Below, piece after piece: positions 1 through 8,691 of a stretch of 32,153 nt of DNA. The stretch covers positions 1 through 32,153 of the forward strand of contig JANOAV010000111.1 of assembly GCA_031411295.1 (NCBI GenBank), in the 5' to 3' direction. Every line of letters starts with the position of its first letter. The first letter of the stretch is position 1. Both the position numbers and the translations under genes were made by a program. Origin of the DNA: Verrucomicrobiales bacterium (GTDB lineage: Bacteria; Verrucomicrobiota; Verrucomicrobiia; Verrucomicrobiales; V1-33). The notes under the pieces are model-generated. The model did not search any database, was not told where the DNA came from, and was given only the letters and a program-made list of their open reading frames with translations.

Positions 1-363
1 GCGGATCAAATCGCAACTATCCCAGCGGGTCCGGCCGGACCCGCCGGAGCGCAGGGCCCACCCGGTCCGGCCTTTGCCAATGTGACGGTGGATTCTGTCA
101 CCACGGTGAGCCCCATGACTCCGGCCGGGGCTGCCGTTTTCTTCGACGGCGCATTGGTCCACTTCAGTTTCACGATTCCAGCAGGAATTGATGGTGCGAC
201 CGGGGCGACCGGAGATGTAAGTTCGCAACAACTGGTGGATGCCATCAACACCACGTCCGCCAGCAGCAACGGGGTGGCACTGCTGCTGCCGATGATTCCC
301 GCGCCAACCGCGCAGGATGTGGCAAACAAGCTGGATGAGCTGATTCAGGCGCTGCGGCGGTAG
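1..363 (+). CDS. Collagen-like (Gly-X-Y) protein, 5'-truncated by the window edge
   Basis: Frame 1 is open from base 1: ADQIATIPAGPAGPAGAQGPPGPAFANVTVDSV...GIDGATGATG...KLDELIQALRR*. It has Gly-X-Y triplets, and its C-terminus recurs at 31160-31252 on the minus strand. Confidence 0.8.
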   Translation, partial: ADQIATIPAGPAGPAGAQGPPGPAFANVTVDSVTTVSPMTPAGAAVFFDGALVHFSFTIPAGIDGATGATGDVSSQQLVDAINTTSASSNGVALLLPMIPAPTAQDVANKLDELIQALRR

Positions 364-390
364 TAGGCGGAGGGGACAGGGGACAGGGCA

Positions 391-548
391 GAAATTGACA
401 TTAACGTTGACGATCACGGGCCTCTGCGGCTAAAACCCAGCATAATTCTACTATGAAATCACTACCCCGCGCCAAAAACGACAGATCTGTCGCCTTTAAA
501 GAAGGTCGGCAAAAATCGACACTTCTGTCGGTGATCAAGTAGTTAGGC
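391..548 (+). repeat. Repeat module C, copy 1 (integron att-like unit with palindromic boxes)
   Basis: Colinear with 1575-1732 (offset 1184). Contains CGACA-N4-TGTCG at 479-492 and 517-530, and ends in GTTAGGC (542-548). Confidence 0.85.
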
Positions 549-608
549 GACTTTGCATCTCCTGTGAACCCAAGCCAAAGAACCAGCCGTTAACTCCACC
601 AACCCAAC

Positions 609-827
609 ATGAACGAGCCAGCTACAGACACTCCATCGCCCCAGAGCACTGCATCGACGCCACCAACATGGCAACGAGCCCTCGGGATATTCGTTCCATT
701 CCTCGCAGGTATTCAGGCGTGGTCGGCAGTTGAGCACGGCTTCAACCACGAAACTGTATCAACCATTCTGTGCGCTATCGGTGCCGTGTTCTTGTTGTCT
801 GTGGCTTGGCGTTGGAGTGCAGGTTGA
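609..827 (+). CDS. Small membrane protein (72 aa, two hydrophobic helices)
   Basis: ATG start, P/S/T-rich N-terminus, two hydrophobic segments (ALGIFVPFLAGI; ILCAIGAVFLLSVAW). It lies just after the GTTAGGC core. Confidence 0.55.
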   Translation: MNEPATDTPSPQSTASTPPTWQRALGIFVPFLAGIQAWSAVEHGFNHETVSTILCAIGAVFLLSVAWRWSAG

Positions 828-847
828 TTGTGTGCGTCTCCCTCATC

Positions 848-1336
848 ATGCAATACCGCCTCCGACCAGCCACAAATGATGACCGCGTCGCGGTTGAGAA
901 CCTCGTCTTCAGCGTCTTGGCCGAGTATGACCTCACTCCCGACCCAGCCGGAACGGACTCCGACCTGCACGACATCTGCGCCTCCTACCATGCCGCTGGC
1001 GGCACGTTCGACGTGCTGGTTGCCGACTCAGGTCAGGTGCTTGGCACTGTCGGACTGTTCCGGGTTTCACCTTCGACCTGCGAACTCCGCAAGATGTATC
1101 TGGCCCGTTCCGCACGAGGGCAGGGTTTGGGCCGCCGCCTCCTGGAACACGCTTTGGCGCGAGCGTCTGCCCTTGGCCTTACGCGTGTGGTGCTGGAGAC
1201 GGCTTCTGTGCTACGCGAGGCGGTTTTGCTTTACGAGCGATACGGCTTTCGTCCCTACGTTTCCGATCATCTGGCTGCTCGGTGCGATGCTGCTTATTAC
1301 CTTGAACTCACTCCCACAACTGTCACCAAACAATAA
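848..1336 (+). CDS. GNAT family N-acetyltransferase
   Basis: Likely start MQYRLRPAT at 848. GNAT motifs ELRKMYL, ARGQGLGRRLL (acetyl-CoA binding) and AVLLYERYGF. Confidence 0.92.
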   Translation: MQYRLRPATNDDRVAVENLVFSVLAEYDLTPDPAGTDSDLHDICASYHAAGGTFDVLVADSGQVLGTVGLFRVSPSTCELRKMYLARSARGQGLGRRLLEHALARASALGLTRVVLETASVLREAVLLYERYGFRPYVSDHLAARCDAAYYLELTPTTVTKQ

Positions 1337-1352
1337 CGGCAGTAATGCTACA

Positions 1353-1574
1353 AGTTGACGTGAATCTCGGATTGGAGGCTGATCGAGCCAAGCAACTACC
1401 GCCATGGTTGAACAAGCCCAGGGGATTCAGGCATGATCGAGTTTAACCACAGAGGACAGAGAGAGCCCAGAGTAGGGAAGCCCCTCAGGAAATCCCCCGC
1501 CCGACAGTAGCCTCCCCCGCAGTTCCCCAAAAACCCGTCGTCATCATCTGCGGGAATTCATGAGCATGTGAGCG
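1353..1574 (+). repeat. Repeat modules A+B, copy 1
   Basis: agttgacg-N13-ggaggctgatc...gccatggttga.caagccca...cccctcaggaaatcccccgcccgacagt...cccgt.gtcatcatctgcgg. Matches 13168-13315 (A and part of B) and 4141-4240 (B). Confidence 0.85.
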
Positions 1575-1732
1575 GAGATCGACAATAACGTTGACGGACA
1601 CGCGCATCAGCGGCTAAATGCTACACAACTTCCACTATGAAATCACTACCCCGCGCCCAAACCGACACTTCTGTCGCCTCTAAGGAAGCGCGGCAAAAAT
1701 CGACACTTCCGTCGGTGATCAACTAGTTCGGC
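1575..1732 (+). repeat. Repeat module C, copy 2
   Basis: Colinear with 391-548. Boxes at 1663-1676 and 1701-1714; ends in GTTCGGC (1726-1732). Confidence 0.85.
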
Positions 1733-1780
1733 CGAGAGCACTGCCGTCGCCCTGAAAAGTCACCACCAAAAAACAGAACC

Positions 1781-3898
1781 GTGAAATACAAAATTACATT
1801 CCTAGCGATTGCTCAGTGCCTAACGGCCATCGGGTGGTCTCAGACATCCGTTCCTACCTTGGATGCCCAAATGAAGGCGATTCAAATGGAGAAAGCCTCC
1901 CGTTCCCCAGTCCAGCGTAAACTGCGTTCTCAACTGCACTATCTGAGTGTCGAAGCCGCTGGCAAGTCGGCGGTGCAAGGCGTTCCCGAATTCAAATCAC
2001 GGGTTAAGCTGCTGCAGGATGGCCGCGTTACGGTGGACATTGCCGCCGTCCCCAGCCCAGCACTGGGCAAGGCGATCACAGATGCGGGCGGCACCGTCGT
2101 TTACGAGTCATCACGTTGGAATTCCGTGCGGGCGGTGGTGCCTCCTCGAGCGTTGGCCGCCCTCGCAGCAAGGGAGGATGTGGGGCGTATCGAAAAAGGG
2201 GAGACCGCCCAGACGCATACTGTCACCAACGAGGCCGATATCGCCATGAAAGCGAATACGGCACGGCCCTTCTACGGTGCCACTGGTGCCGGAATCAAGG
2301 TGGGCGTGCTTTCGGACAGTGAGGATAAATCTGAAGCCTCGATTGCCGCTGGGGAACTGCCCGTCGGCATTTGGTCCGTGCTGCCCGGTCGCACCGGTCG
2401 GCCGGCCTCCGGTGAAGGGACCGCGATGTCGGAAATTGTGCACGACATTGCTCCGGCGGCTCAAATCATTTTTGCGGCAGCAGGCCCCGGCAAAGCGGGT
2501 TTTGGCGATGCCATCATCGCATTGAAGGATGCAGGTTGTAAGGTCCTGGTAGATGATATTTCATACGGAAATGAATGGCAATTTCAGGACGATGAGATCG
2601 GCCAGGCCATCAACACCGTGGTTGCGGCAGGCTGCGTGTATCTTTCGTCATCAGGCAATGAAGGAAGTCTGAAACGCGGCACATCGACCACTTGGGAAGG
2701 TGATTTTGTCGATGGCGGTGCGGCCAACGCCCCCCTCCCCAGCGGGGGACGGGTGCACAGTTTCGGCACCCAGAACTTCAACCGTCTGGTTGCTGGTGAC
2801 TCTGGGGTTACGCTCCAGTGGAGTGATGAAAATCATTCGGCCAGTAACGAATACGACCTATACATTCTCAATGCAGCCGGCACATCCGTGGTGACGGCAT
2901 CGACTGACGTCGAGGATGGCACGGAAGCCGCCTATGAGTCCGTCGAGGGAGTTCATCCTGGGGAACGCATCGTGGTTTGGAAAAAGGATGCCGCCGCAGC
3001 CCGCTATCTGCGCCTCTCCTGCACGGGGAGCAAGATCGAGATCCAGACTGCGGGGCAGACTATCGGCCATGCGGCTACGGCCAACTGCATTTGCGTTGCC
3101 TCAGCGGATGTGATGGCTGCGGCCCCCGTTCCCTTCACAGCCGCGACTCCCGTGGAGGACAGTTCCTCCGACGGTCCGCACAAAATGTTTTACCAACCGA
3201 ACGGCACCCCGATCACGCCTGGCAATTTTCTCTCCAGCGGGGGCGTGACGTTGATCACCCCAGCCATCACGGCGGGTGACGGTGGGAATACTTCTGTCCC
3301 CGGATTTATCCCTTTCTACGGCACCAGTGCTGCCGCACCCGCGGCTGCGGCCGTGGCCGCTCTCGTATGGAGCCGCACGCCCAGCCTGACCAATGCTCAG
3401 GTAAGGGCGATCCTCGAATCAAGCTGCCTGGACATCGAAGGACCGGGCGTGGAAATCAATAGCGGCCACGGTATTCTGCTGGCCGATCTCGCGCTGACTC
3501 AGACCCGCACTCCGCAGGAAATCTGGCGGCAAACGAATTTCTCTGTGGTCCTGCCCGCTGGTAATTCCGCTCCTAGCGCTGATCCCGATCAAGACGGTGT
3601 GATCAACCTCTTGGAGTATGCTTTGGGCACTAACCCGAATCTGCCCTCCGGTTCACCCCTTCAGGCTATCCGATTATCAGGTGCGGGCTATGTGCTCAAT
3701 TATCGGCGCAACCCAGCCGCAACGGATGTAAGTGTGTTTTTCGAGCACAACCCAAATCTTGGCGCAAATGGATGGCTTTCACTGGTTCCGACCGCGGACA
3801 CGGTAATCTCCACCTCCGCAGGCGTTGATTTGCGCTCTGTCACCCTTGGCGCTTCCGGCACACGTGATTTCTTCCGTATCAAAGTCACGAGTCCATGA
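1781..3898 (+). CDS. Secreted subtilase-fold serine peptidase (S8/S53-like)
   Basis: Signal peptide and prodomain. GIKVGVLSDS (Asp), EGTAMSEIVH (Glu where S8 has HGT), SSGN (oxyanion) and GTSAAAP (Ser). C-terminal DPDQDGVINLLEYALGTNP module. Confidence 0.88.
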   Translation: MKYKITFLAIAQCLTAIGWSQTSVPTLDAQMKAIQMEKASRSPVQRKLRSQLHYLSVEAAGKSAVQGVPEFKSRVKLLQDGRVTVDIAAVPSPALGKAITDAGGTVVYESSRWNSVRAVVPPRALAALAAREDVGRIEKGETAQTHTVTNEADIAMKANTARPFYGATGAGIKVGVLSDSEDKSEASIAAGELPVGIWSVLPGRTGRPASGEGTAMSEIVHDIAPAAQIIFAAAGPGKAGFGDAIIALKDAGCKVLVDDISYGNEWQFQDDEIGQAINTVVAAGCVYLSSSGNEGSLKRGTSTTWEGDFVDGGAANAPLPSGGRVHSFGTQNFNRLVAGDSGVTLQWSDENHSASNEYDLYILNAAGTSVVTASTDVEDGTEAAYESVEGVHPGERIVVWKKDAAAARYLRLSCTGSKIEIQTAGQTIGHAATANCICVASADVMAAAPVPFTAATPVEDSSSDGPHKMFYQPNGTPITPGNFLSSGGVTLITPAITAGDGGNTSVPGFIPFYGTSAAAPAAAAVAALVWSRTPSLTNAQVRAILESSCLDIEGPGVEINSGHGILLADLALTQTRTPQEIWRQTNFSVVLPAGNSAPSADPDQDGVINLLEYALGTNPNLPSGSPLQAIRLSGAGYVLNYRRNPAATDVSVFFEHNPNLGANGWLSLVPTADTVISTSAGVDLRSVTLGASGTRDFFRIKVTSP

Positions 3899-4114
3899 GC
3901 AAACTGACAATTGGCGCACAAGCATGGTTAGCTTTGCGCGATAGCCCCGATGCTAAGCTTGGTTGGACGAATCGCGGACCGGGTCTCTGAGGGGTAGGCT
4001 TGGTGGGCGCAGGGTGGCGTTTCGGGGTATGAGGAAGGTTTTTCCGTTCGGTTGGCCCGTTGGTTTTGGTGGCGGCTGCGGTGTCAGTGGCGCGTGCTGC
4101 GCTCCGGCTCCGGG

Positions 4115-4138
4115 GTGCGGACTAAAGTCCGGCACTAC
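4115..4138 (-). repeat. REP-like hairpin (GTAG type)
   Basis: The minus strand reads GTAG-TGCCGGACT-TT-AGTCCGCAC, a GTAG tetranucleotide followed by a GC-rich hairpin. Only one copy is seen in the window. Confidence 0.55.
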
Positions 4139-4140
4139 TT

Positions 4141-4281
4141 TAGGAAACCCTTCAGGAAATCCCCCGCCCGACAGTTGCTTCCCCCGCAGTTTCCCGAAAC
4201 CCGTTGTCATCATCTGCGGCATTCATGCGCAGCTGAGCGGAAATCGACATAGACGTTGACGATCACGTGCTTCTGCGACTA
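4141..4281 (+). repeat. Repeat module B plus the left part of module C
   Basis: Matches 1473-1616 (caggaaatcccccgcccgacagt...gtcatcatctgcgg...atcgaca-N4-cgttgacg), then diverges about 45 bp before the ECF start. Confidence 0.85.
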
Positions 4282-4325
4282 GCTATGATGTTTCCTTGTC
4301 CTGATGAGGCTTTATTTCCCGCTGC

Positions 4326-5093
4326 ATGAATTTCCCCACCACTCATTGGAGCGTGCTCGCGCAAGCGACGTTGCATGGCGATGCCGAAGGGCAGGCGGCA
4401 TTGGATCGGCTCTGCCGGGCGTATTGGAGACCCGTGGCGGACTTCTTAAGACAGCGTGGTTGGAAAGAGGCGGATGCGGAGGATCTCACGCAGGAATTCT
4501 TCCAAGCGCTGTTGGTCTCGCGGGGATGGCAGCGGGCGGATCGGGCACGGGGGAAATTTCGGAATTTCTTGCTGGGAGCCTTGATGCGTGTGCTCTCGAT
4601 AGATAAGGAAAGGGCGCAGGCGCAGAAGCGAGGCAGTGGACAGATGCTGGTCAGCCTGGATGCGATGGCGGATGAGGGATTTGAGGCGGGCGAGGTGGAC
4701 CCGGCGGTGGCGCTTATTTTCGATCAAGCATGGGCGGAGCAAGTGATGGAGGCCGCGCTGGATGGATTGAGCTTGGCATGGGAAGAGGAGGGCAGGGGGA
4801 TGGCCTTGCAAGTGCTCCTGGCTTATCTGCCCGCTGGGGCGCAGCCGCTGCCGTATGAGGAGGCGGCGGAGAAGCTGGGGATGAGTCTGGGGGCGGTCAA
4901 GTCTCAGATCCTCCGGCTGAGGCGGGAATTCCGTGAGGGGCTGGAGGCGCAGATTGCGCGCACCGTGAGTGCCCCGCATGAGATTGCGGAAGAAATGGCA
5001 CACCTCTACCAAGTGCTGGCGCATCCGGGGTTCCCGGGCGTTGGCACGACGAAGGAAACTCCGCCTGATATTTCCACAGAAAGGATACGATGA
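4326..5093 (+). CDS. ECF sigma-70 factor (kinase-associated type)
   Basis: N-terminal FPTTHWS, region 2 (YWRPV...DAEDLTQEFF...RGKFRNFL) and region 4 HTH (YEEAAEKLGMSLGAVKSQILRLR). ATGA overlap with the kinase gene. Confidence 0.92.
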   Translation: MNFPTTHWSVLAQATLHGDAEGQAALDRLCRAYWRPVADFLRQRGWKEADAEDLTQEFFQALLVSRGWQRADRARGKFRNFLLGALMRVLSIDKERAQAQKRGSGQMLVSLDAMADEGFEAGEVDPAVALIFDQAWAEQVMEAALDGLSLAWEEEGRGMALQVLLAYLPAGAQPLPYEEAAEKLGMSLGAVKSQILRLRREFREGLEAQIARTVSAPHEIAEEMAHLYQVLAHPGFPGVGTTKETPPDISTERIR

Positions 5094-8000
5094 CTCCTGT
5101 TTCCGAAAGCTGTGTTTCCTGTGGTTCCGCCCTTTCCCCGGGGCGGCTGAGAGGCTTATGTCCACGATGTTTGATGCGCGGGGCGGTGGCCGAGACGCAG
5201 CAGGAAGGGGATGCGAACTTCCGCATTCCGGGGCATGAGAATCTCCGCGAACTGGCCCGGGGCGGCATGGGAATTGTCTATCAAGCGCGGCAAATTGCAC
5301 CGCAACGTGAAGTGGCCATCAAGATGCTCTTGCCGCGGACGATCACCGAAGAACTGCGCGAGCGCTTCCGTCTCGAAGCCCGGACGATGGCGGATCTGAA
5401 TCATCCCGGCATCCTTCCGCTGCATCACTTTGGCGAATGGGCAGGCGTGCCGTTCTTCACCATGAAACTGGCCTCGGGCGGAACGCTGTCAGCACGGAGC
5501 GCAACCTATGCCGGGCAATGGCGCAAGACCGCAACTCTTATCGCAGACTTGGCGGATGCGGTGGCCCATGCGCATGACCACGGCGTGCTCCACCGAGACC
5601 TGAAGCCGGGAAATATTCTCTTTGATGAAAATGATCGGGCGTATGTGGCGGACTTTGGATTAGTCAAGATTGCCAATAGTGAAAGCCAGTTTACCCGCTC
5701 CGTGGCAATGATGGGCACGCCGCAATATCTCGCGCCAGAAGTGGCCGCCAAGGATGCCCGCGCGGCCACGGTGCGCAGTGATCTGTATAGCCTGGGGGCG
5801 GTGCTGTATGAACTGCTGGCGCAGCAGCCGCCCTTCCAAGCGGAAGGATTGCCTGCGCTGCTGCGGGAGATTGCAGAGACGGAGCCGGCCCCGTTGCGTA
5901 AGCTGGGTGTGCCGCGAGATCTCGCCACCATCGCCCACACTTGCCTGGCCAAAGATCCGCTTCGTCGCTATGATTCCGCCGCTGCGCTGGCCGCAGATTT
6001 GCGGGCTTGGCTGGCTGGGGAGACGATTTCTGCACGGCCCGTTTCGGGGTTGGAGAAGGTCTGGCGCTACGCCCAGAAGCATCCTGCATTGACCTTGCTG
6101 AGTTGTTTGCTAGTCACTGCCGTCGTCACGGGAATGATACTGCAACACCAAGCCAATCTAGCCCTGCGTCAGACGTCGCAGCGCGCGCTCGCAGAACAAG
6201 TCCATGCGGTGCGCCAAGGTGGGCAATGGGATCTGAGGGATGGTGGGCTGAAGGCCGCCAGCGAGGCTGCGCTGCTGGGGAACAATTTTGCGCTGCGCAA
6301 TGATGCCATCACGCTCCTAGCCACACCGGGATGCGAGGAACTCGACCGCCGTCCTTACCACCAAACGACATGGACGCCACTCAGTTCGGACGGCCAGCGT
6401 TACGCAGAAGTGCGCGATGGCAAGCTGTGGATCGGCAACTTTTCCAAGGATCGCCCGGAGGAAGAAATCCCGCCGCCCGAGCCCGCAATGGTTGCTTCGC
6501 AGGCATTACGTTTCACGCCGAATGGCACCGCGTTGCTGGTGCATTTCCCAGATGATTCCCACCGCATCTGGAAAATTTCCGATGGCAGTTGGGCTTCGAA
6601 CCGTTTCCAAAACGTGGCAGGCTTGTCGTTTTCTCCTCATAGTGAGTGGATTGCTTTTGGCGAAAGCGGCACTAAGTCGGTGGTCATCCAGGATTGGAAG
6701 CACCAACAAGAAGTGGTGCGCTTCACTTCGGAATTCAGCGATCCTGCACCGCTCAGCTTCAGCCCGGACGGCAAGTTGCTGGCGGTGGCGAAACGGGGTG
6801 GTGGCATGATCGCAATCTATGATGCCTTCACTGGGAAGCTAAGCCATCGCTTGGAAAATCCAGCCCCGGATGTGCACGCGTTTCCTCGACTCGCTTGGCG
6901 TCCCGACGGCCATGCAGTGTGCGTGGTGACAAGCTCGACGGATTTGTTCCTCTGGTATCTGGAGGCAGGTGTTCCCCCGTTCCAGCGCCGCATCATCGGG
7001 CACCAAGCGGAAACACAAGGGGTGGCGTGGCACCCGGATGGAGCGTGGCTGGTGAGCATCGCATTCGATGGCAACCTGCGGCTGTGGGAAGCCTCCAGCG
7101 GGCGCTGCGGGATGGTGGTGCCAGCCATCGGAAACGATCTCCATTTCAGTGCGGATGGACAGTTTTTGATTCTCCATGATACCGCGCGTCATCAGCTAGT
7201 GCGTTACCGATTTTCTGTGCCCTCTGTTTTGAAACAAGTCTCGCTGCCGCGGAACTCACCGGACGATTCCTGGCAACGCGGCCCTTGGGGCGTGGGAATC
7301 TCAGGGGATGGGCGGTTTGCGGTGATCGGTAGTGGGCTGGGAACGTGGGTGCTGGATACGAGTAATGGCCGACGCCTCGCATGGCTGAACACCGGACTGG
7401 TGAATGATGTGCATTTCACTGCGGCAGGAGATGCCTTTTGGCTCGCTGTCCCAAACCGGGGAGTGAGTAAATATGCCTTCTCCTCCGGCGGGACCGACTT
7501 TTGGGCGCTCCGCCCCAGCATCCCGCTCGTTTCCGCGAGTGGTAATGTGGCGCGCTTGAGCCATAGTGCGGTCACGGGGACGTTAGCGATGACGGCTCAG
7601 GGGAACTTGCGGCTGATAGAAAATCCCGAGGGTCAAAGCAAGGTGACAGACTATCCGATTCCCAACGTATCGATGAATCCCGTGGCCATTAGTCCCGATG
7701 GATTGTGGGTCGTGACGGCTTCCTTTGATAACAAGGAAGAATTCGCTCACGTGCTGGATGTGACCAAGCGAACCATCGCGCTGCGGCTCCCAGATACAAA
7801 AACTTGCTACATGATCTTTAGCCCCGACAGCCAGACGCTCTATACTGCTAGCGCCAGCGGCTTGGCTGCATGGTCGGTCGCTACCTGGACGCCACGCTGG
7901 AGCCGGGCGAACCCCAGCCCAGAGCAGATCCATCGGCACGTGGCACTTTCAGGAGATGGACGGACGCTGGCCTTCTCACGCGTCGCTCATGGAGTGGATC

Positions 8001-8248
8001 TCGTTGATCCCCTCACAGGTCAACCGTTGGCCACAATAGACGATCCCGATGCCCGCGCCATTTGCTGGCTGGCATTGGATCACACGGGCTCCCACTTGGC
8101 GGTAAATGGCAGCCAGCAACAAATTCAACTTTGGAACCTAAGCCGCCTCCGTGAAGAACTCCACACGCTCCATCTCGACTGGCCCGCGCCCGCACTCCCG
8201 CCCTCAACCAACACGCCGGTCGAAGCCCTCGTCGTGCTGCCGCCCTGA
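5090..8248 (+). CDS. Hanks-type Ser/Thr kinase with N-terminal Zn ribbon, TM helix and WD40-like propeller
   Basis: CVSC/CPRC; ARGGMGIVY, VAIK, HRDLKPGN, DFG, GTPQYLAPE and DLYSLG; hydrophobic LTLLSCLLVTAVVTGMIL; repeated FSPDG/WHPDG/LRLWE motifs. Confidence 0.95.
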   Translation: MTPVSESCVSCGSALSPGRLRGLCPRCLMRGAVAETQQEGDANFRIPGHENLRELARGGMGIVYQARQIAPQREVAIKMLLPRTITEELRERFRLEARTMADLNHPGILPLHHFGEWAGVPFFTMKLASGGTLSARSATYAGQWRKTATLIADLADAVAHAHDHGVLHRDLKPGNILFDENDRAYVADFGLVKIANSESQFTRSVAMMGTPQYLAPEVAAKDARAATVRSDLYSLGAVLYELLAQQPPFQAEGLPALLREIAETEPAPLRKLGVPRDLATIAHTCLAKDPLRRYDSAAALAADLRAWLAGETISARPVSGLEKVWRYAQKHPALTLLSCLLVTAVVTGMILQHQANLALRQTSQRALAEQVHAVRQGGQWDLRDGGLKAASEAALLGNNFALRNDAITLLATPGCEELDRRPYHQTTWTPLSSDGQRYAEVRDGKLWIGNFSKDRPEEEIPPPEPAMVASQALRFTPNGTALLVHFPDDSHRIWKISDGSWASNRFQNVAGLSFSPHSEWIAFGESGTKSVVIQDWKHQQEVVRFTSEFSDPAPLSFSPDGKLLAVAKRGGGMIAIYDAFTGKLSHRLENPAPDVHAFPRLAWRPDGHAVCVVTSSTDLFLWYLEAGVPPFQRRIIGHQAETQGVAWHPDGAWLVSIAFDGNLRLWEASSGRCGMVVPAIGNDLHFSADGQFLILHDTARHQLVRYRFSVPSVLKQVSLPRNSPDDSWQRGPWGVGISGDGRFAVIGSGLGTWVLDTSNGRRLAWLNTGLVNDVHFTAAGDAFWLAVPNRGVSKYAFSSGGTDFWALRPSIPLVSASGNVARLSHSAVTGTLAMTAQGNLRLIENPEGQSKVTDYPIPNVSMNPVAISPDGLWVVTASFDNKEEFAHVLDVTKRTIALRLPDTKTCYMIFSPDSQTLYTASASGLAAWSVATWTPRWSRANPSPEQIHRHVALSGDGRTLAFSRVAHGVDLVDPLTGQPLATIDDPDARAICWLALDHTGSHLAVNGSQQQIQLWNLSRLREELHTLHLDWPAPALPPSTNTPVEALVVLPP

Positions 8249-8250
8249 CC

Positions 8251-8691
8251 TCACAGTTTCTTCAAACGGAAATAGTAACGCGGGCCATTTCCAAGCGACC
8301 AATAGAGAAAGGAAGCCCCGGTTATGGTGCCGGGTTGATCCGTCCAAGCGAGCAAGTCATCGGAATACTGGAGCTTGTAGCCCACCGCATCTGCTCCCCA
8401 ACTAATCTTCGCGTCGATGCCGGACTTGATGATGGTGAGCTGCGGCCCACCGCCATCTGTGGGAATAGCGATGGCCCAGTAGCCGCCACTGAGCGCGAAG
8501 CCGCTGGTATTGGCGCTACTGCCAGCGTGATCATCCGGCTGACCAATCGTGCCCGTGACCTTCCAAGTAGCAGCGCCAATGGTAGCCGCACTCACCCCGC
8601 CGCCACCATCCACAGTGCGCCAAGGAACATCAAAGGCCGCAAGGGCAGCAAAGCTGGTGGCCAAGAGTAGGATAGGGAGGATAGGTTTCAT
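8251..8691 (-). CDS. Small secreted protein (W-x-T-V-D-G-G-G-G / GTIGQPD family)
   Basis: Signal peptide, FDVPWRTVDGGGG...VTGTIGQPD...LSGGYW, and a C-terminal module ending RYYFRLKKL. 4-bp overlap with the upstream gene. Confidence 0.85.
   Translation of the reverse strand: MKPILPILLLATSFAALAAFDVPWRTVDGGGGVSAATIGAATWKVTGTIGQPDDHAGSSANTSGFALSGGYWAIAIPTDGGGPQLTIIKSGIDAKISWGADAVGYKLQYSDDLLAWTDQPGTITGASFLYWSLGNGPRYYFRLKKL

Noticed and set aside
395..446. TTGACA (395-400) / CATAAT (441-446) as a promoter
   Set aside because: The spacing is 40 bp and neither hexamer is conserved in copy 2.
399..548. Firm call as a canonical attC site
   Set aside because: The left 7-mers (CATTAAC, CAATAAC) fit RYYYAAC poorly and are not complementary to the cores, and long-range pairing is limited. 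It is kept only as att-like.
3953..4259. ORFs 3953-4222, 3963-4259 and 4052-4252
   Set aside because: They run through the REP-like hairpin and repeat module B and have no protein-like features.
391..4281. Repeats as a CRISPR array
   Set aside because: The units are 140-400 bp long, separated by whole genes, and no cas genes are present.
4446..5300. 284-aa minus-strand ORF
   Set aside because: Antisense shadow of the ECF and kinase genes, which is common in GC-rich DNA.
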